Virus record (IMG/VR): IMGVR_UViG_3300046817_000745
Span: 1-64,000 of that record
Length of the DNA: 64,000 bases
Strand: one strand, 5' to 3'
From: a virus
In this document: positions 37,484-47,358 of the stretch, in pieces
Numbering within the stretch: position 1 is the first letter of the stretch
Layout: every line of letters starts with the position of its first letter
Translations under genes and position numbers: made by a program
The notes under the pieces: model-generated
Databases searched by the model: none
What the model was told of the DNA's origin: nothing
What the model saw: only the letters and a program-made list of their open reading frames with translations

Positions 37484-38454
37484 GCTGGGTTCAAGGACTG
37501 TGGGCCGTCGATGGGAACACCCTGGACGCATCGCTGTGGCGCCAGCAGCTGTTCGCGTCCACTCTCAAGAGATCCGGGATCATGGCCCCCGCGGATCTCA
37601 AGGTCACGGCGTTCAGCACACCCGGAGCGGGTGTGAACGTGGCCGGCGGCTCCTGCGTCATCGCCGGCCAGGAGCTCTCCGGCGGTCAGCAGGGCAGTTA
37701 CTACGGCTTCAACAACGGGGTGGACGTGGTGACCGTGGCGGCCACCGGAGGATCACCCCGTTCCGACCTGATCATCGCCAGGGTCGAAGACCCTACGTTC
37801 AGCGGATCATCCTGGCCGTGGAACCCGGCGACACAGAACCTGATCTATTCGCGCGATCTCTCAGGTGTGTCGTCCAGCGCGACGACCGTACCGGGAGGTA
37901 CGACCGGCATCCCGCTTGCCCGTATCGACGTACCCGCCAGCACCTCGGCGATCACCAACGCCATGATCACGGATCTGCGGGCACTGGCCAACCCGGCTCG
38001 GCAGAACGACCTCTACGTCCTGACACCGGTGGCGACGGACGCGATGTCTGCAGCCACGGACAGCAAGACCGTGATGCGCAACTGGGGGCCGGCGTTCCCC
38101 ACCGTCTACATCCCGACGTGGGCCGTGCTGATGCGCATGGTCTTCACCGTCTCGGCAAGCCTGGTCGGGGGCGGCACCTTTGGATGCGCCATCGTGCTGC
38201 AGGTGAAGGTCGGACCGTCGATCACGTCGCAGATCAGCGGGATGGGTGACTCGGCGGTGGGTACGAACACCATCGGATTCCAGTCGGTCGGTCTTCTCGG
38301 CGACACCGTCAACGTGTCCTCGCTGCAGGGACAGACCGTGACAGTGCAGCCGCAGGCCCGGATCATCAACAGCGCCAGCGTGCAGGGATCGGTGACGATC
38401 AACGGAGCCTCTACGGAGACCCTGCAGTGCTACTTCCTCGAAGCGCCACAGTAG
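37480..38454 (+). CDS. Minor tail protein
   Basis: RSDLIIARVEDP, IPLARID.PA.T..IT..MI.DLR motifs. Confidence 0.75.
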   Translation: MSWVQGLWAVDGNTLDASLWRQQLFASTLKRSGIMAPADLKVTAFSTPGAGVNVAGGSCVIAGQELSGGQQGSYYGFNNGVDVVTVAATGGSPRSDLIIARVEDPTFSGSSWPWNPATQNLIYSRDLSGVSSSATTVPGGTTGIPLARIDVPASTSAITNAMITDLRALANPARQNDLYVLTPVATDAMSAATDSKTVMRNWGPAFPTVYIPTWAVLMRMVFTVSASLVGGGTFGCAIVLQVKVGPSITSQISGMGDSAVGTNTIGFQSVGLLGDTVNVSSLQGQTVTVQPQARIINSASVQGSVTINGASTETLQCYFLEAPQ

Positions 38455-39750
38455 ATGGCAGAGCAGTGGCAGTACTTCGCACAGCGCATCCTGGATGGCA
38501 CGTGGCTGGACCGGGTCGGTGCGCAGATGACGTCCGTCACGATGACCTGGGACCTGGCGACCGACCAGTTCCAAGGAACGATCACTCCGCAGGACAGGGA
38601 CCGCACCGCGAGCGACGGGCGTCCGCTCTTCGACGAATGGTCGACTGCGATCTACGCCGTCGAGTCCGGGATCATCCGCTGGGGCGGTCTGCTGATCGAC
38701 TCTGAGTTCACCGGTCCCGGGTGGGTCCTGGGCGCCGTCGGGTTCCGGGGGTACCCGAACGGCAACATGTACAACGGGGCCGTCTGGACACAGAACGCCA
38801 TTGATCCGCTGGACGTGGTCCGCTACATCTGGTCGTACCTACAGACGCAGCCGGGAGGAAATCTCGGACTGGTCGCGGACACCACAGCCAGCACAGCACG
38901 GGTCGGCGCGGCCACCTACGTCACCGCACCGGGGAACCAGAGCCTGACCCAGATCGCGACGGCTGCCAACCTGACTCTGGCGCAGATCCAGGCACTGAAC
39001 TCGACAGCGAACCGGAGCGCTAACGGGTACACATACCAGTCGTTGCCCGCAACAGGCAACGTGCCGGCCGGGGTGCCAGTCATCACCGCGCTCAGTCCGT
39101 ACACCCTCGCCTGGTACAACGGCACCGACTGCGGGCAAGAGCTGTCCAACCTTGCGCAGAGCGCGCCGTTCGGCATGTCGGAGTCGCACGCGTGGGCCGA
39201 CGCGGGCCAGAACACCGTGTCCCACAGGCTGGTACTCGGATACCCGCGGATCGGCACGCGGCAGCAGAACCTGCGCTTCGTCGAGGGCGAGAACATCACC
39301 GCGCTGGTCGACGTATCCCGCAACGGGGTCGACTACGCCAACGAACTGCTCGGGATCGGCGCAGGCACTGGCTCGGCCGCGGTCCGGACCACAGTCGGGT
39401 CACCGGATCCGTACCGGCTCAGGCGGTGCGGATCAGTCGTCAACCAGATGATCACCGACGCAGGCCAGCTCTCGTCCCTCGCCCAGCGGATGCTGACGAC
39501 GCTGCAGGCCCCCCTGGCAGGCCAGATCGGTAGCTGCACCTGGCTGAACCATCCGAACGCGCCGCTCGGAAGCTTCGCCCAGGGAGACGACGTCCTGATC
39601 TCGGTGAAGAACGGATGGTTGGCCGGACAGGACATCTGGCACCGGATCACGTCGTACACGTACAACCCGGCGACCATGACCGGGACACTCACCATGGCCC
39701 GCAGTGATTCCTTCACCTATGAGCCGTCCGCGACTACGGTGACAGCATGA
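38455..39750 (+). CDS. Minor tail/baseplate hub protein with LysM-like insert
   Basis: IRWGG, LGYPRIG, LRFVEGEN; YVTAPGNQSLTQIA...L.LAQIQALN. Confidence 0.75.
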   Translation: MAEQWQYFAQRILDGTWLDRVGAQMTSVTMTWDLATDQFQGTITPQDRDRTASDGRPLFDEWSTAIYAVESGIIRWGGLLIDSEFTGPGWVLGAVGFRGYPNGNMYNGAVWTQNAIDPLDVVRYIWSYLQTQPGGNLGLVADTTASTARVGAATYVTAPGNQSLTQIATAANLTLAQIQALNSTANRSANGYTYQSLPATGNVPAGVPVITALSPYTLAWYNGTDCGQELSNLAQSAPFGMSESHAWADAGQNTVSHRLVLGYPRIGTRQQNLRFVEGENITALVDVSRNGVDYANELLGIGAGTGSAAVRTTVGSPDPYRLRRCGSVVNQMITDAGQLSSLAQRMLTTLQAPLAGQIGSCTWLNHPNAPLGSFAQGDDVLISVKNGWLAGQDIWHRITSYTYNPATMTGTLTMARSDSFTYEPSATTVTA

Positions 39751-42700
39751 TCGACAGCCAGCTAGCCGCGGCGGTCGCTTCGCTCATGGACGAAGTGAAG
39801 AGACTGCAGGGACAGGTCAAGGGGATGCAGCTGTCCCAGACCCGCAGCCAGCTGGGCCATTCCAGCATCGACGACGGGTCACTCGCCGTCATCAGCGGCG
39901 GGTCGGTCCGACAGATCATCGGCCTGCAGAGCGACGGCACGGTCACCACCGTCGACCAGAACGCGCCTGCCCCGCCGGTGCCTTCGACGCCGACCGTCAC
40001 ACCCGCGCCAGGGGGGCTGACGGTCGCATGGGACGGCTTGTTCTCCGGCGGCTCGGCGCGGCCGCTCGATTTCGCCGACGTCGAGGTGCACGTCTCCATC
40101 ACCCCGGCTTTCACTCCGAACAGCACCACGCTGCGCGGCACGATGATCAAGGCCGGACAGGTCACCGTGCAACCGCTGGCATCCACCACCACCTACTACG
40201 CCGGCTTGGTCGCGGTCAACACCTCGGGCAACAAGAGCACGGTGAGCACTGAGGTAGCAGGGGTACCTCAGACGGCTCTGATCTCACCGGTCACCGCCAG
40301 TGAGATCGGGTACATCGGCGTTCTGAACGCCAATCCGTACCTGACGGGCGGCGACGGCACCGGCTGGGCATCAGGCGGCGGGACACCGGGATCCGCCATC
40401 ATCGTCACGAGCCCGTCCGCTGAACCGCCGTACACGTACACACAGCGTCCGGTTTCGCACATCGCCGGTGCTTCCGCCGCGTCACGTGTCGTCGGGACGC
40501 CGGTACAGCCGCCTCCCGTACTCATGACCATCTCGCCGACGGTGGTGCCCCTGGCAGGGGCAGGCGTCCCGGGAGTATCCGGCACGGTCAGCGTCGTCAC
40601 CAGTCAGCCCGCCGGATCGCCCTACACGTATGCGCTGCAGCTGGTCTCCAACACTGCGGGCGGGGGCACCGCCTACGAGCCGGGGCCGCCTGCGTTCCCT
40701 GCGATCCCCGGGCAGCAGTACCTGGTAACCGGCCTGTTCTACACACCGGCAACGTCCGTCTCTCTCGGGTTGTCGTTCTTCCTCAATGGTGTGTGGATCT
40801 GTGACGTCACCCAGGTGACACCCGTCTCCGCGAACACCTGGACGCAGGTTGCGGCGGTGGTCACCGCACCGTCCGGATCCAACTCGGCGGGCCCCGTATT
40901 CTTCACCCCGGGCCAATTCAGCCAGTACACCATGTACGGCCAGGCAGTCACCGCACTGCCACAAGTCCCCGGCGCGCTGATCCAGGCGGGGACAGTCTCC
41001 GCAATACAGATCGCGGCCGGGACAGTGGTCGCCGGGATCATCGACGGAACCACGGTCGAAACCGCCACGCTTGTTCTGGACACATCGGGCGTAGGCACGG
41101 GCGAGTTCGTCTACAACGGCGTGGGCACCTTCGGCAACTTGATCGGGTCGTGGGCGGCCGCGGCCGGCATCGACGCGTTCGGGAACCCGTACCCTGCCGG
41201 GTTGACTGCGACTCAGGGGCAGTTGACGGGTATCGGAGTCGTCCAGGCAGACATCATCCAAAGCATCCTCGAGGCATGCACCGTCAACAATGCCCTGATC
41301 AACGGTCCCAGTGTCGTGGGCGGAACCTCTCTGGAGACCGCCATCGTCTTCGACACGATCGGCGGAAACCTGCTGATCTACGCGAAGAGCACTGCGTCGA
41401 CCACGCTCACTGGCGAGGGGACGTGGACTGCTCCGGCCGGGTCATCCGGAACCGCCAAAATCGAGTGTTGGGGCGCGGGAGGCGGAGCCGGAAACAACGC
41501 CTCGGGCGCGGGAGGCGGTGGCGGCGGAGGCGGGGAATACGCCTGCGAGCCCACCTACCCGGTCGTAGCGGGACAGGTATACACGTACAACACGGGGGTG
41601 GGCGGTAGCGGAACCACCAACGGGGCAGGCGGCAACGGAAACGACACCTGGTTCGACGCAGGGAACGTATATGCACACGGCGGCCATGGCGGCGGCACGA
41701 ACCCGACCGGTTTCTGGGTCGGGTCCCCGGGAGGGACCGGCTCTGCCAACACCACCCGTTTCAACGGCGGCAACGGCGGCAACGGCTTCGGGCCCAACGG
41801 AGGCGGTGGCGGCGGAGGCAGCAGCGCGGGCCCGGCTGCAGTCGGAGGATCCGGGCACGACGCGAGCGGGGGGACAGGAGGAGCCGGCGGGACGGCGCCC
41901 ACAGGCGGTGGCACCGGCGGGGCTGCGGGGAACAACACCGCAGCAGGAAACGCCGGCACCGTTCCCGGCGGCGGTGGCGGCGGGTCGGGCACCAACGGAG
42001 GATCCAGCAGCAGAACCGATGTGTTCCACCCCACGGGGACATACTCCTACTACGGTGCCGACAACACCGAGGGATTCCCCCGAACCCTAAGCAACACCAA
42101 CGGGAACATGCAGCAGGGGTGCCCCAACGACTCCAACCTCGGGACGTTCTTCAGCTTCGCGCATTACAACTCATCGAATATCGTGAGCACGCTGAGTGGC
42201 AGAACGATCGACGCGGTGAGTATCACCGTTGACTGTCTGCATTCTTGGTACAACTCGGGAATGACCGTGTACCTGGACTATTCAGGCGTCAGCTCATTCC
42301 CGTCACCTATCTCAATCCCCGGCTCGACACACATCGGAAGCTACGGGATCGGAGAGGGACAAACAGAGACGATCTCCGTTCCGAACAGCGTCGGAGCAGC
42401 GTTCCAGAGCGGCGCAGCCCAGAGCCTGTACTTCCACGGGCCCAACCAGGGCTTGGCATACTCCGGATTCTTCCAGGGCGGCACCGGAGGGAATGCACCA
42501 CACCTGAACGTCGCCAGCCATGCGGGGTCGAGCCCGGTTCCGTCAGGTAACGGCGCAGACGGGCAGCTGAAGATCACCTACGTCAACTCGGTGGTCCTGG
42601 TGGCATCGTTCTCCGGAGTGGCGTTCACCGACGCATACGGGAACTCGATCCCGGTCGGCATGATGGTGAACACGGTCAAGGCGATCCAGCCGGGGTCGAG

Positions 42701-43058
42701 CCCGGCCGTGGCGGAGACCTGGCACACCTTGACCCTCAAGGCCGGATTCTCCAGCAACGGGTCCCCGGCGCCACCGTGCAGCTACCAGTTCGAACCCGCC
42801 GGAGGCGGGCGGGTGCGCCTGAGAGGCAGAGTGAATCTCACGGCCAATCAAGTAGCCGGCGCACCGTTCGCCGATATCCCGGCGAACTATACCCCGGTGT
42901 TCAACCATGAGATGCAGTGCAGCAACACCCTCAGCGGAATCACGGCGGGTAGAGGACCGATATACACGGACTCAGCATCCAATCAATTGAAGCTGACCGT
43001 GGCTGGAACCAGTGGTAATTTCATTTACCTGGACGGCGTCGTCTTCGACATCGACTAA
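39747..43058 (+). CDS. Tail fibre/receptor-binding protein
   Basis: N-terminal coil, Fn3-like domain, CBM-like domain, Gly-rich region, C-terminal beta domain. Confidence 0.8.
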   Translation: MIDSQLAAAVASLMDEVKRLQGQVKGMQLSQTRSQLGHSSIDDGSLAVISGGSVRQIIGLQSDGTVTTVDQNAPAPPVPSTPTVTPAPGGLTVAWDGLFSGGSARPLDFADVEVHVSITPAFTPNSTTLRGTMIKAGQVTVQPLASTTTYYAGLVAVNTSGNKSTVSTEVAGVPQTALISPVTASEIGYIGVLNANPYLTGGDGTGWASGGGTPGSAIIVTSPSAEPPYTYTQRPVSHIAGASAASRVVGTPVQPPPVLMTISPTVVPLAGAGVPGVSGTVSVVTSQPAGSPYTYALQLVSNTAGGGTAYEPGPPAFPAIPGQQYLVTGLFYTPATSVSLGLSFFLNGVWICDVTQVTPVSANTWTQVAAVVTAPSGSNSAGPVFFTPGQFSQYTMYGQAVTALPQVPGALIQAGTVSAIQIAAGTVVAGIIDGTTVETATLVLDTSGVGTGEFVYNGVGTFGNLIGSWAAAAGIDAFGNPYPAGLTATQGQLTGIGVVQADIIQSILEACTVNNALINGPSVVGGTSLETAIVFDTIGGNLLIYAKSTASTTLTGEGTWTAPAGSSGTAKIECWGAGGGAGNNASGAGGGGGGGGEYACEPTYPVVAGQVYTYNTGVGGSGTTNGAGGNGNDTWFDAGNVYAHGGHGGGTNPTGFWVGSPGGTGSANTTRFNGGNGGNGFGPNGGGGGGGSSAGPAAVGGSGHDASGGTGGAGGTAPTGGGTGGAAGNNTAAGNAGTVPGGGGGGSGTNGGSSSRTDVFHPTGTYSYYGADNTEGFPRTLSNTNGNMQQGCPNDSNLGTFFSFAHYNSSNIVSTLSGRTIDAVSITVDCLHSWYNSGMTVYLDYSGVSSFPSPISIPGSTHIGSYGIGEGQTETISVPNSVGAAFQSGAAQSLYFHGPNQGLAYSGFFQGGTGGNAPHLNVASHAGSSPVPSGNGADGQLKITYVNSVVLVASFSGVAFTDAYGNSIPVGMMVNTVKAIQPGSSPAVAETWHTLTLKAGFSSNGSPAPPCSYQFEPAGGGRVRLRGRVNLTANQVAGAPFADIPANYTPVFNHEMQCSNTLSGITAGRGPIYTDSASNQLKLTVAGTSGNFIYLDGVVFDID

Positions 43059-43086
43059 GCCAGACAAGACAACACGAGGAGTCCGC

Positions 43087-43371
43087 ATGACGATAAACCC
43101 GCCCAACTTCGGGGCGTTCCAGCTGCAGCTGACGCAGGCCGTTCTGGATGTCAGGAACGCGATGGACCAGGCGAACAACCTGAACGACTACATCGTCTCG
43201 GAAGGTGGAGGCACCTTCCTGACCGGCCTCGGGTTCAGCACTGCCGACGCCGCAGTCGTCACCAGCACCTTCGCCAACCTCGCATCTCTGACCGCCGTCT
43301 ACAAGGGCGGTACGCCAGGCGCGGCATTCAACTACCGGGCCAACGGAAACCTGCTCTGGTCGGGCAACTAA
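43087..43371 (+). CDS. Hypothetical protein
   Basis: GAGGAG RBS; follows fibre gene. Confidence 0.7.
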   Translation: MTINPPNFGAFQLQLTQAVLDVRNAMDQANNLNDYIVSEGGGTFLTGLGFSTADAAVVTSTFANLASLTAVYKGGTPGAAFNYRANGNLLWSGN

Positions 43372-43420
43372 GCGCAGCCGCTCGACGGCTACGCTCGGCT
43401 CTACGTAAGGAGAGACGACA

Positions 43421-43891
43421 ATGGCTGAGCATCTATACGAAGTCGGCTGGACGTACACGTCCGGCGCGGCTGCCCATGCGATCGGAGAGATCATCCCGGC
43501 GACGCTCGCCACGAATAAGCGTCCTCCGGAGATCCGCGAAATCGGGATGTTCATCAACACGCCCGGGGCGGGTGTCGCCCAGATCGGTATCGGCCAGCCC
43601 GCGGCCATCGGTATCACCCCGGGCACGCTGGCCACCGCCCAGGCCACCGCCACCTACGACACGATCGCGGGCAACACCACGGTTGCGGGAAGTTGGGGCA
43701 CCGCGCCGACTGTGCCGGGCACATTTCGGCGCCGGGCAGATCTTCAGGCCGTGGCCGGGGCCGGGCTCATCTGGACCTGGAACCCGGGTGAGTTCGTCCT
43801 GTGGTCTGGAGCCGCCATCAACACGATCGTTCTGTGGCAATTGTCCGCACAGGTCGTCATCTACGACTTGTACATCAAGGTCGCCGAGTAG
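43421..43891 (+). CDS. Hypothetical virion protein
   Basis: AAGGAG RBS; beta-rich. Confidence 0.7.
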   Translation: MAEHLYEVGWTYTSGAAAHAIGEIIPATLATNKRPPEIREIGMFINTPGAGVAQIGIGQPAAIGITPGTLATAQATATYDTIAGNTTVAGSWGTAPTVPGTFRRRADLQAVAGAGLIWTWNPGEFVLWSGAAINTIVLWQLSAQVVIYDLYIKVAE

Positions 43892-43943
43892 CTGCAGATG
43901 TGCTGAGTGGAACTAGTCGCACCTCCGAGAGAGAAGGCAAGGA

Positions 43944-44234
43944 GTGGGATGGCTGACTGGATTGACTCGCTTCTGGCGCGAGCTGCTGCGCGACATTCTG
44001 CTTACCGGATCGGGCCTGGCAGTGGTGGGAAGCCAGGTCGTATCGGCCCAGCCGAGCCCGCTGCTCATCGGGGCCGGCCTCAGCCTCACGTTCCCGTCTA
44101 CGTTCGTGAAGATCCGCGAGATCCTGATCTCCCCCTCTGGTACCGAGGGTGTATCTGGGCCACCATCGGAGCCGCCTGGGCCGGCGCCGTCGTCGGTGCC
44201 GTCCGGGCCACGGTCGGGGGGCGCTGGTGAATAG
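43944..44234 (+). CDS. Small two-TM membrane protein (holin-like)
   Basis: Two hydrophobic segments, Pro/Ser-rich tail, end of tail operon. Confidence 0.55.
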   Translation: MGWLTGLTRFWRELLRDILLTGSGLAVVGSQVVSAQPSPLLIGAGLSLTFPSTFVKIREILISPSGTEGVSGPPSEPPGPAPSSVPSGPRSGGAGE

Positions 44235-44577
44235 GCTCTGGGAGCACTTACGACTCGGGCCGATGACCGGTGGCGCGAAAAAAGGACTGCTCTACATCGT
44301 GGGGCTGGGCATTCTCATCAACGCCGGGGTGTACTTCCTGTCCGTCAGATCGGTGAACTCCCTGGCGGTGCAGCAACACGCACAGTGCAAGTTCTACGAC
44401 GACCTCGGCAGTTCACCGATCACAGCCGTGCCGGGTGCCAAGGCGTCGATCCTCGGCGTGTCGCTTGTGTCGGATGCCAGGGTGGCGTGGCACCGGCTCG
44501 GCTGTTCCGGCACGCAACAGCCTGCCGCGCCATCGTTCCTGCAGTGGGCCGCATACTACAAATTGCCCGCTGATTGA
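44227..44577 (+). CDS. Single-TM membrane protein (lysis accessory candidate)
   Basis: One TM segment then a domain with two Cys; overlaps upstream gene. Confidence 0.6.
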   Translation: MNRLWEHLRLGPMTGGAKKGLLYIVGLGILINAGVYFLSVRSVNSLAVQQHAQCKFYDDLGSSPITAVPGAKASILGVSLVSDARVAWHRLGCSGTQQPAAPSFLQWAAYYKLPAD

Positions 44578-44589
44578 TAGCGTGAGCAT

Positions 44590-44862
44590 ATGAGCAGGCA
44601 GGACAGCCGAGTAGTCGAACGCACCGTCGCGGCGCTGGAGACGCTACTGGCTTCCGGCGTCCGGCAGGTGGACGTGCGCCGCGTGCTCGTGCTGCTCGGC
44701 CGGCCCGCGCCAGAGCCGAACGGCGCGCCCGAGCCGCGCCCGCAACTCGACCCGCGTGCAGATCCGCTGACCGGCTGCCTGCCGGTGACCGCACAGGGAG
44801 GACACAGTGACAGCTCAGACGAGAAAAAGCCCCGCACCCGCCAAGTCGGCTTCCGCGGCTGA
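44590..44862 (+). CDS. Hypothetical protein
   Basis: 90-aa ORF; no clear RBS. Confidence 0.45.
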   Translation: MSRQDSRVVERTVAALETLLASGVRQVDVRRVLVLLGRPAPEPNGAPEPRPQLDPRADPLTGCLPVTAQGGHSDSSDEKKPRTRQVGFRG

Positions 44863-45076
44863 ATCCAAGGCCGCTAAGAAGCACACGCGAGCTGCGGACC
44901 CCGAGCCCACACACCGGGTGGTCCGGGAGATCGTGATCGGCGGCACGTCGCGCGCCGTCGGAGATCTGGTGCACCTGGACGGGCTGAACGCGGCCGAGCT
45001 GGAGAGTCACGGGTACGTGGTCAAGGCGCAAACGGCGGAGCCGGGCGACGGGAACGACCCGACACCCGGCTCCTAG
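44807..45076 (+). CDS. Hypothetical small protein
   Basis: GGGAGG RBS; VGDLV.L....A.EL...GYV motif. Confidence 0.65.
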   Translation: MTAQTRKSPAPAKSASAAESKAAKKHTRAADPEPTHRVVREIVIGGTSRAVGDLVHLDGLNAAELESHGYVVKAQTAEPGDGNDPTPGS

Positions 45077-45084
45077 TGGGTTGA

Positions 45085-45279
45085 TCAGAGGACGAATTCG
45101 TCGAAGTCGCCGCGGCGGACGCCCTCGATGAACGCCGCGAGCTTCTCCGGCGTGGTCGCCACGATCGCGTTCGGCTCGTCGGACTCCCGGATCAGGATGA
45201 TCCCGGCGTCCTGCCGGGCCATCTCCAGGCAGTTGCCCTGCGAGTTGCTCGCGCTCGACTTCTTCCACTCAATGACCAT
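45085..45279 (-). CDS. DUF397 domain protein
   Basis: WKKSSAS....NCLE.A, IRES, AFIEGV..GDFD; AAGGGA RBS. Confidence 0.9.
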   Translation of the reverse strand: MVIEWKKSSASNSQGNCLEMARQDAGIILIRESDEPNAIVATTPEKLAAFIEGVRRGDFDEFVL

Positions 45280-45326
45280 GCGTGTTCCCTTCCTCAGCCG
45301 GCCGGGGCTCTCCCGGCCGGACGCTC

Positions 45327-45620
45327 TCACCCGTACCGGCTGCGGGCACGGTCGATGCCCCGCTGCACCGTCTTGACGTCTTTGCGCAGCGCGGCCGCCA
45401 GCGGGAGGGCAGCCGTGCGTGAGCCGCCCTCGGCCAGGATGTACGCCAGCGTCACATCCGACATGGTGTGCGGGGTCGGGACGCCCGCGAGCAGTCGCAT
45501 GGCCACCACTTCATCGGCAGGGCCGTGCACGGTGTCGACGGTCAGTCCGTCCGATGGGATGCGGCGGGCGGACTTGAGCCGGGCCGCGCTGATCCGGCCG
45601 GTATCCGTGTCGATGCTCAT
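45327..45620 (-). CDS. Hypothetical protein, possible C-terminal HTH
   Basis: GGAGG RBS, ATGA overlap; LAAALRKDVKTVQR. Confidence 0.6.
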   Translation of the reverse strand: MSIDTDTGRISAARLKSARRIPSDGLTVDTVHGPADEVVAMRLLAGVPTPHTMSDVTLAYILAEGGSRTAALPLAAALRKDVKTVQRGIDRARSRYG

Positions 45621-46105
45621 GCGGCACCGCCGCTGAGTCTGCGGTCCGACACGGACAGCTTGCGCCGGGTGTTGCTCTCCAGTTCGTCGATCTCCGAGGA
45701 GTACAGCCCCTCGTGGTGCCCGCGGTCGAGGTGGACCGGCTGCTCGGGAAAGGCGCGCTCCCACGCCCGGAAGTACAGCCCGCCCAGGGCTCCGTGCAGC
45801 GGGATTTTGATGCTGACCCCGTAGCAGATGCAGACGATCTCCGCCCAGGTCCCGGGCCGGGTGTCCTGTCCGGCCGCCACTCGCTCGAGCAGTTCGCGGG
45901 CGTGCGACCGGTAGACGAACTCGGTGTCCATCAGCGCGTGCGTCGGGATCACCAGCCGGAAACCACGCCAGAGCTGCGCGGCACACTCCGGATGCCGCTC
46001 CTGCGCGGCGGCGATCTCCTCCTCGGCCCACACCAGCTGGCCAAGCGGACCGCGCAAATCAGAAATCGTGCCTTTGACCAGTTCGTCGAGTTCGGTGTCA
46101 GCCAT
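45617..46105 (-). CDS. Hypothetical protein
   Basis: 162-aa ORF, GGAG RBS. Confidence 0.75.
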   Translation of the reverse strand: MADTELDELVKGTISDLRGPLGQLVWAEEEIAAAQERHPECAAQLWRGFRLVIPTHALMDTEFVYRSHARELLERVAAGQDTRPGTWAEIVCICYGVSIKIPLHGALGGLYFRAWERAFPEQPVHLDRGHHEGLYSSEIDELESNTRRKLSVSDRRLSGGAA

Positions 46106-46106
46106 C

Positions 46107-46589
46107 TCAGGCTCCGATCAGGTCGGTCAGGTGCACGCGCGGGGCCTTGCGGCTCTTGGGCGCGCGGGGGTCGGGCATCTGGTAGACGTCGATCACGGCG
46201 TCGAGCAGTTCACGGTCCTCGGCGCGGTAGCCGGACACGCGCAGCAGCTGCAGCCCGCGGCGTCCTGCGGCGGCCAGGCCGATCTGCGCCGGGCCGGCGC
46301 CGTCGTGCGTCTCGCGCCACACGGCGGCCGTCTTGCGCCCGACCGGACTGGCGTAGCGGCGCACCAGGTCGCCGTCGGCTCCGCGCTCGCGCAGCTGCTC
46401 GGCGACGGTCAGGACGCCTTCGGCGGCGTTGACGCGGTTGGCCAGTCGGAGCAGGACATCACGGCGACGGGCCGGGGAGTCGAAGGATCCGACCCGGGCG
46501 CGCGCGGCGCGGCCGGTGCGTGCGGGTGCGGCCTTGGCCTGGCGGTCGCGCGGAGGGCAGATGTTGCGGGCGATGTCACTGTACGACAT
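46107..46589 (-). CDS. Hypothetical basic protein
   Basis: TCAGGGAAGA motif upstream. Confidence 0.7.
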   Translation of the reverse strand: MSYSDIARNICPPRDRQAKAAPARTGRAARARVGSFDSPARRRDVLLRLANRVNAAEGVLTVAEQLRERGADGDLVRRYASPVGRKTAAVWRETHDGAGPAQIGLAAAGRRGLQLLRVSGYRAEDRELLDAVIDVYQMPDPRAPKSRKAPRVHLTDLIGA

Positions 46590-46618
46590 TTCGATCTTCT
46601 TCCCTGATCTGTCTCGGA

Positions 46619-46918
46619 CTAGCTGTGCTGGCTGCGACGGGTCACGTGGATCTGCTCGGTCGGGGCGGGCTCTTCGGTCTGCTCGACCTGCAGACCCTCG
46701 CAGATCTGCGTGCTGTACCAGCCGAAGTGCTCGTTGAGGTCGTCAATCGCCTCATCGCGCGAGCGGTGCGAGGACTGGATCGCGAACCCCTGCCGGCCGT
46801 CGTAGTAGGACACGACACTCCAGCCGAAGTGGGCGATCTCCTCGACACCGTGCCACTGGCGGCCGCCGTAGAACGGCCAGAGGTGCGAGTAGAGCGTGAT
46901 GCGCTGGCTTTTACTCAT
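46619..46918 (-). CDS. Hypothetical protein
   Basis: TCAGGGAAGA motif and promoter upstream. Confidence 0.7.
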   Translation of the reverse strand: MSKSQRITLYSHLWPFYGGRQWHGVEEIAHFGWSVVSYYDGRQGFAIQSSHRSRDEAIDDLNEHFGWYSTQICEGLQVEQTEEPAPTEQIHVTRRSQHS

Positions 46919-46923
46919 CTTGA

Positions 46924-46968
46924 TCTTCCCTGATCTGGCCCTTAACTGATGACAACTACAGCTTAGCA
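46924..46968 (-). promoter_or_regulatory. Extended -10 (TGcTAAGCT), GTTGTCATCAG box, TCAGGGAAGA motif
   Basis: Box 46946-46956; motif 46924-46933. Confidence 0.6.
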
Positions 46969-47285
46969 GATTCCTCCGCCGCAGGAAACTTCCACCCGGA
47001 TCCGCAAGGGCCGGGAATCCCCCGGCGCAGCCAGGCATCGACCTGCTCGATGTCGAACCACCGGTACGCGCGCTTCGAGTCGTCGACCTTGTGCGTGGTG
47101 TCCGCCGGCTGCGGGAACGGCTCGCCGGCTGCGTTCCGCGTGCCGCGGTGCCACCAGTCCCGGATCCGGCGCCGGTCCAGCGGCGGATCGATTGCGTAGC
47201 GCTCCGACAGGATGGCCGCGAGCCCCTGGAACCCGGCCATGCCGTTCTCGGTCTTCCACAACGGCTTGCCGGTCTTCGGTGCCAT
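46956..47285 (-). CDS. Xis/AlpA-like winged-helix DNA-binding protein
   Basis: GGAGGAG RBS; IRDWW.R, FPQP, WFDIEQVDAWL. Confidence 0.6.
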   Translation of the reverse strand: MAPKTGKPLWKTENGMAGFQGLAAILSERYAIDPPLDRRRIRDWWHRGTRNAAGEPFPQPADTTHKVDDSKRAYRWFDIEQVDAWLRRGIPGPCGSGWKFPAAEESAKL

Positions 47286-47358
47286 CGTCATCTCCTCCCA
47301 CGCGCTGGGCAGTGCCGCCGCCTCGTGGGGAGGCGACGGCACTGCGGTCAACTACAGG

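Noticed and set aside
41470-42010. Gly-rich repeats resembling PE_PGRS or collagen
   Set aside because: Ordinary glycine-rich tail fibre segment without Gly-X-Y periodicity
43087-43371. C-terminus WSGN as a sixth member of the VSN-motif set
   Set aside because: Matches only the terminal Asn; likely chance
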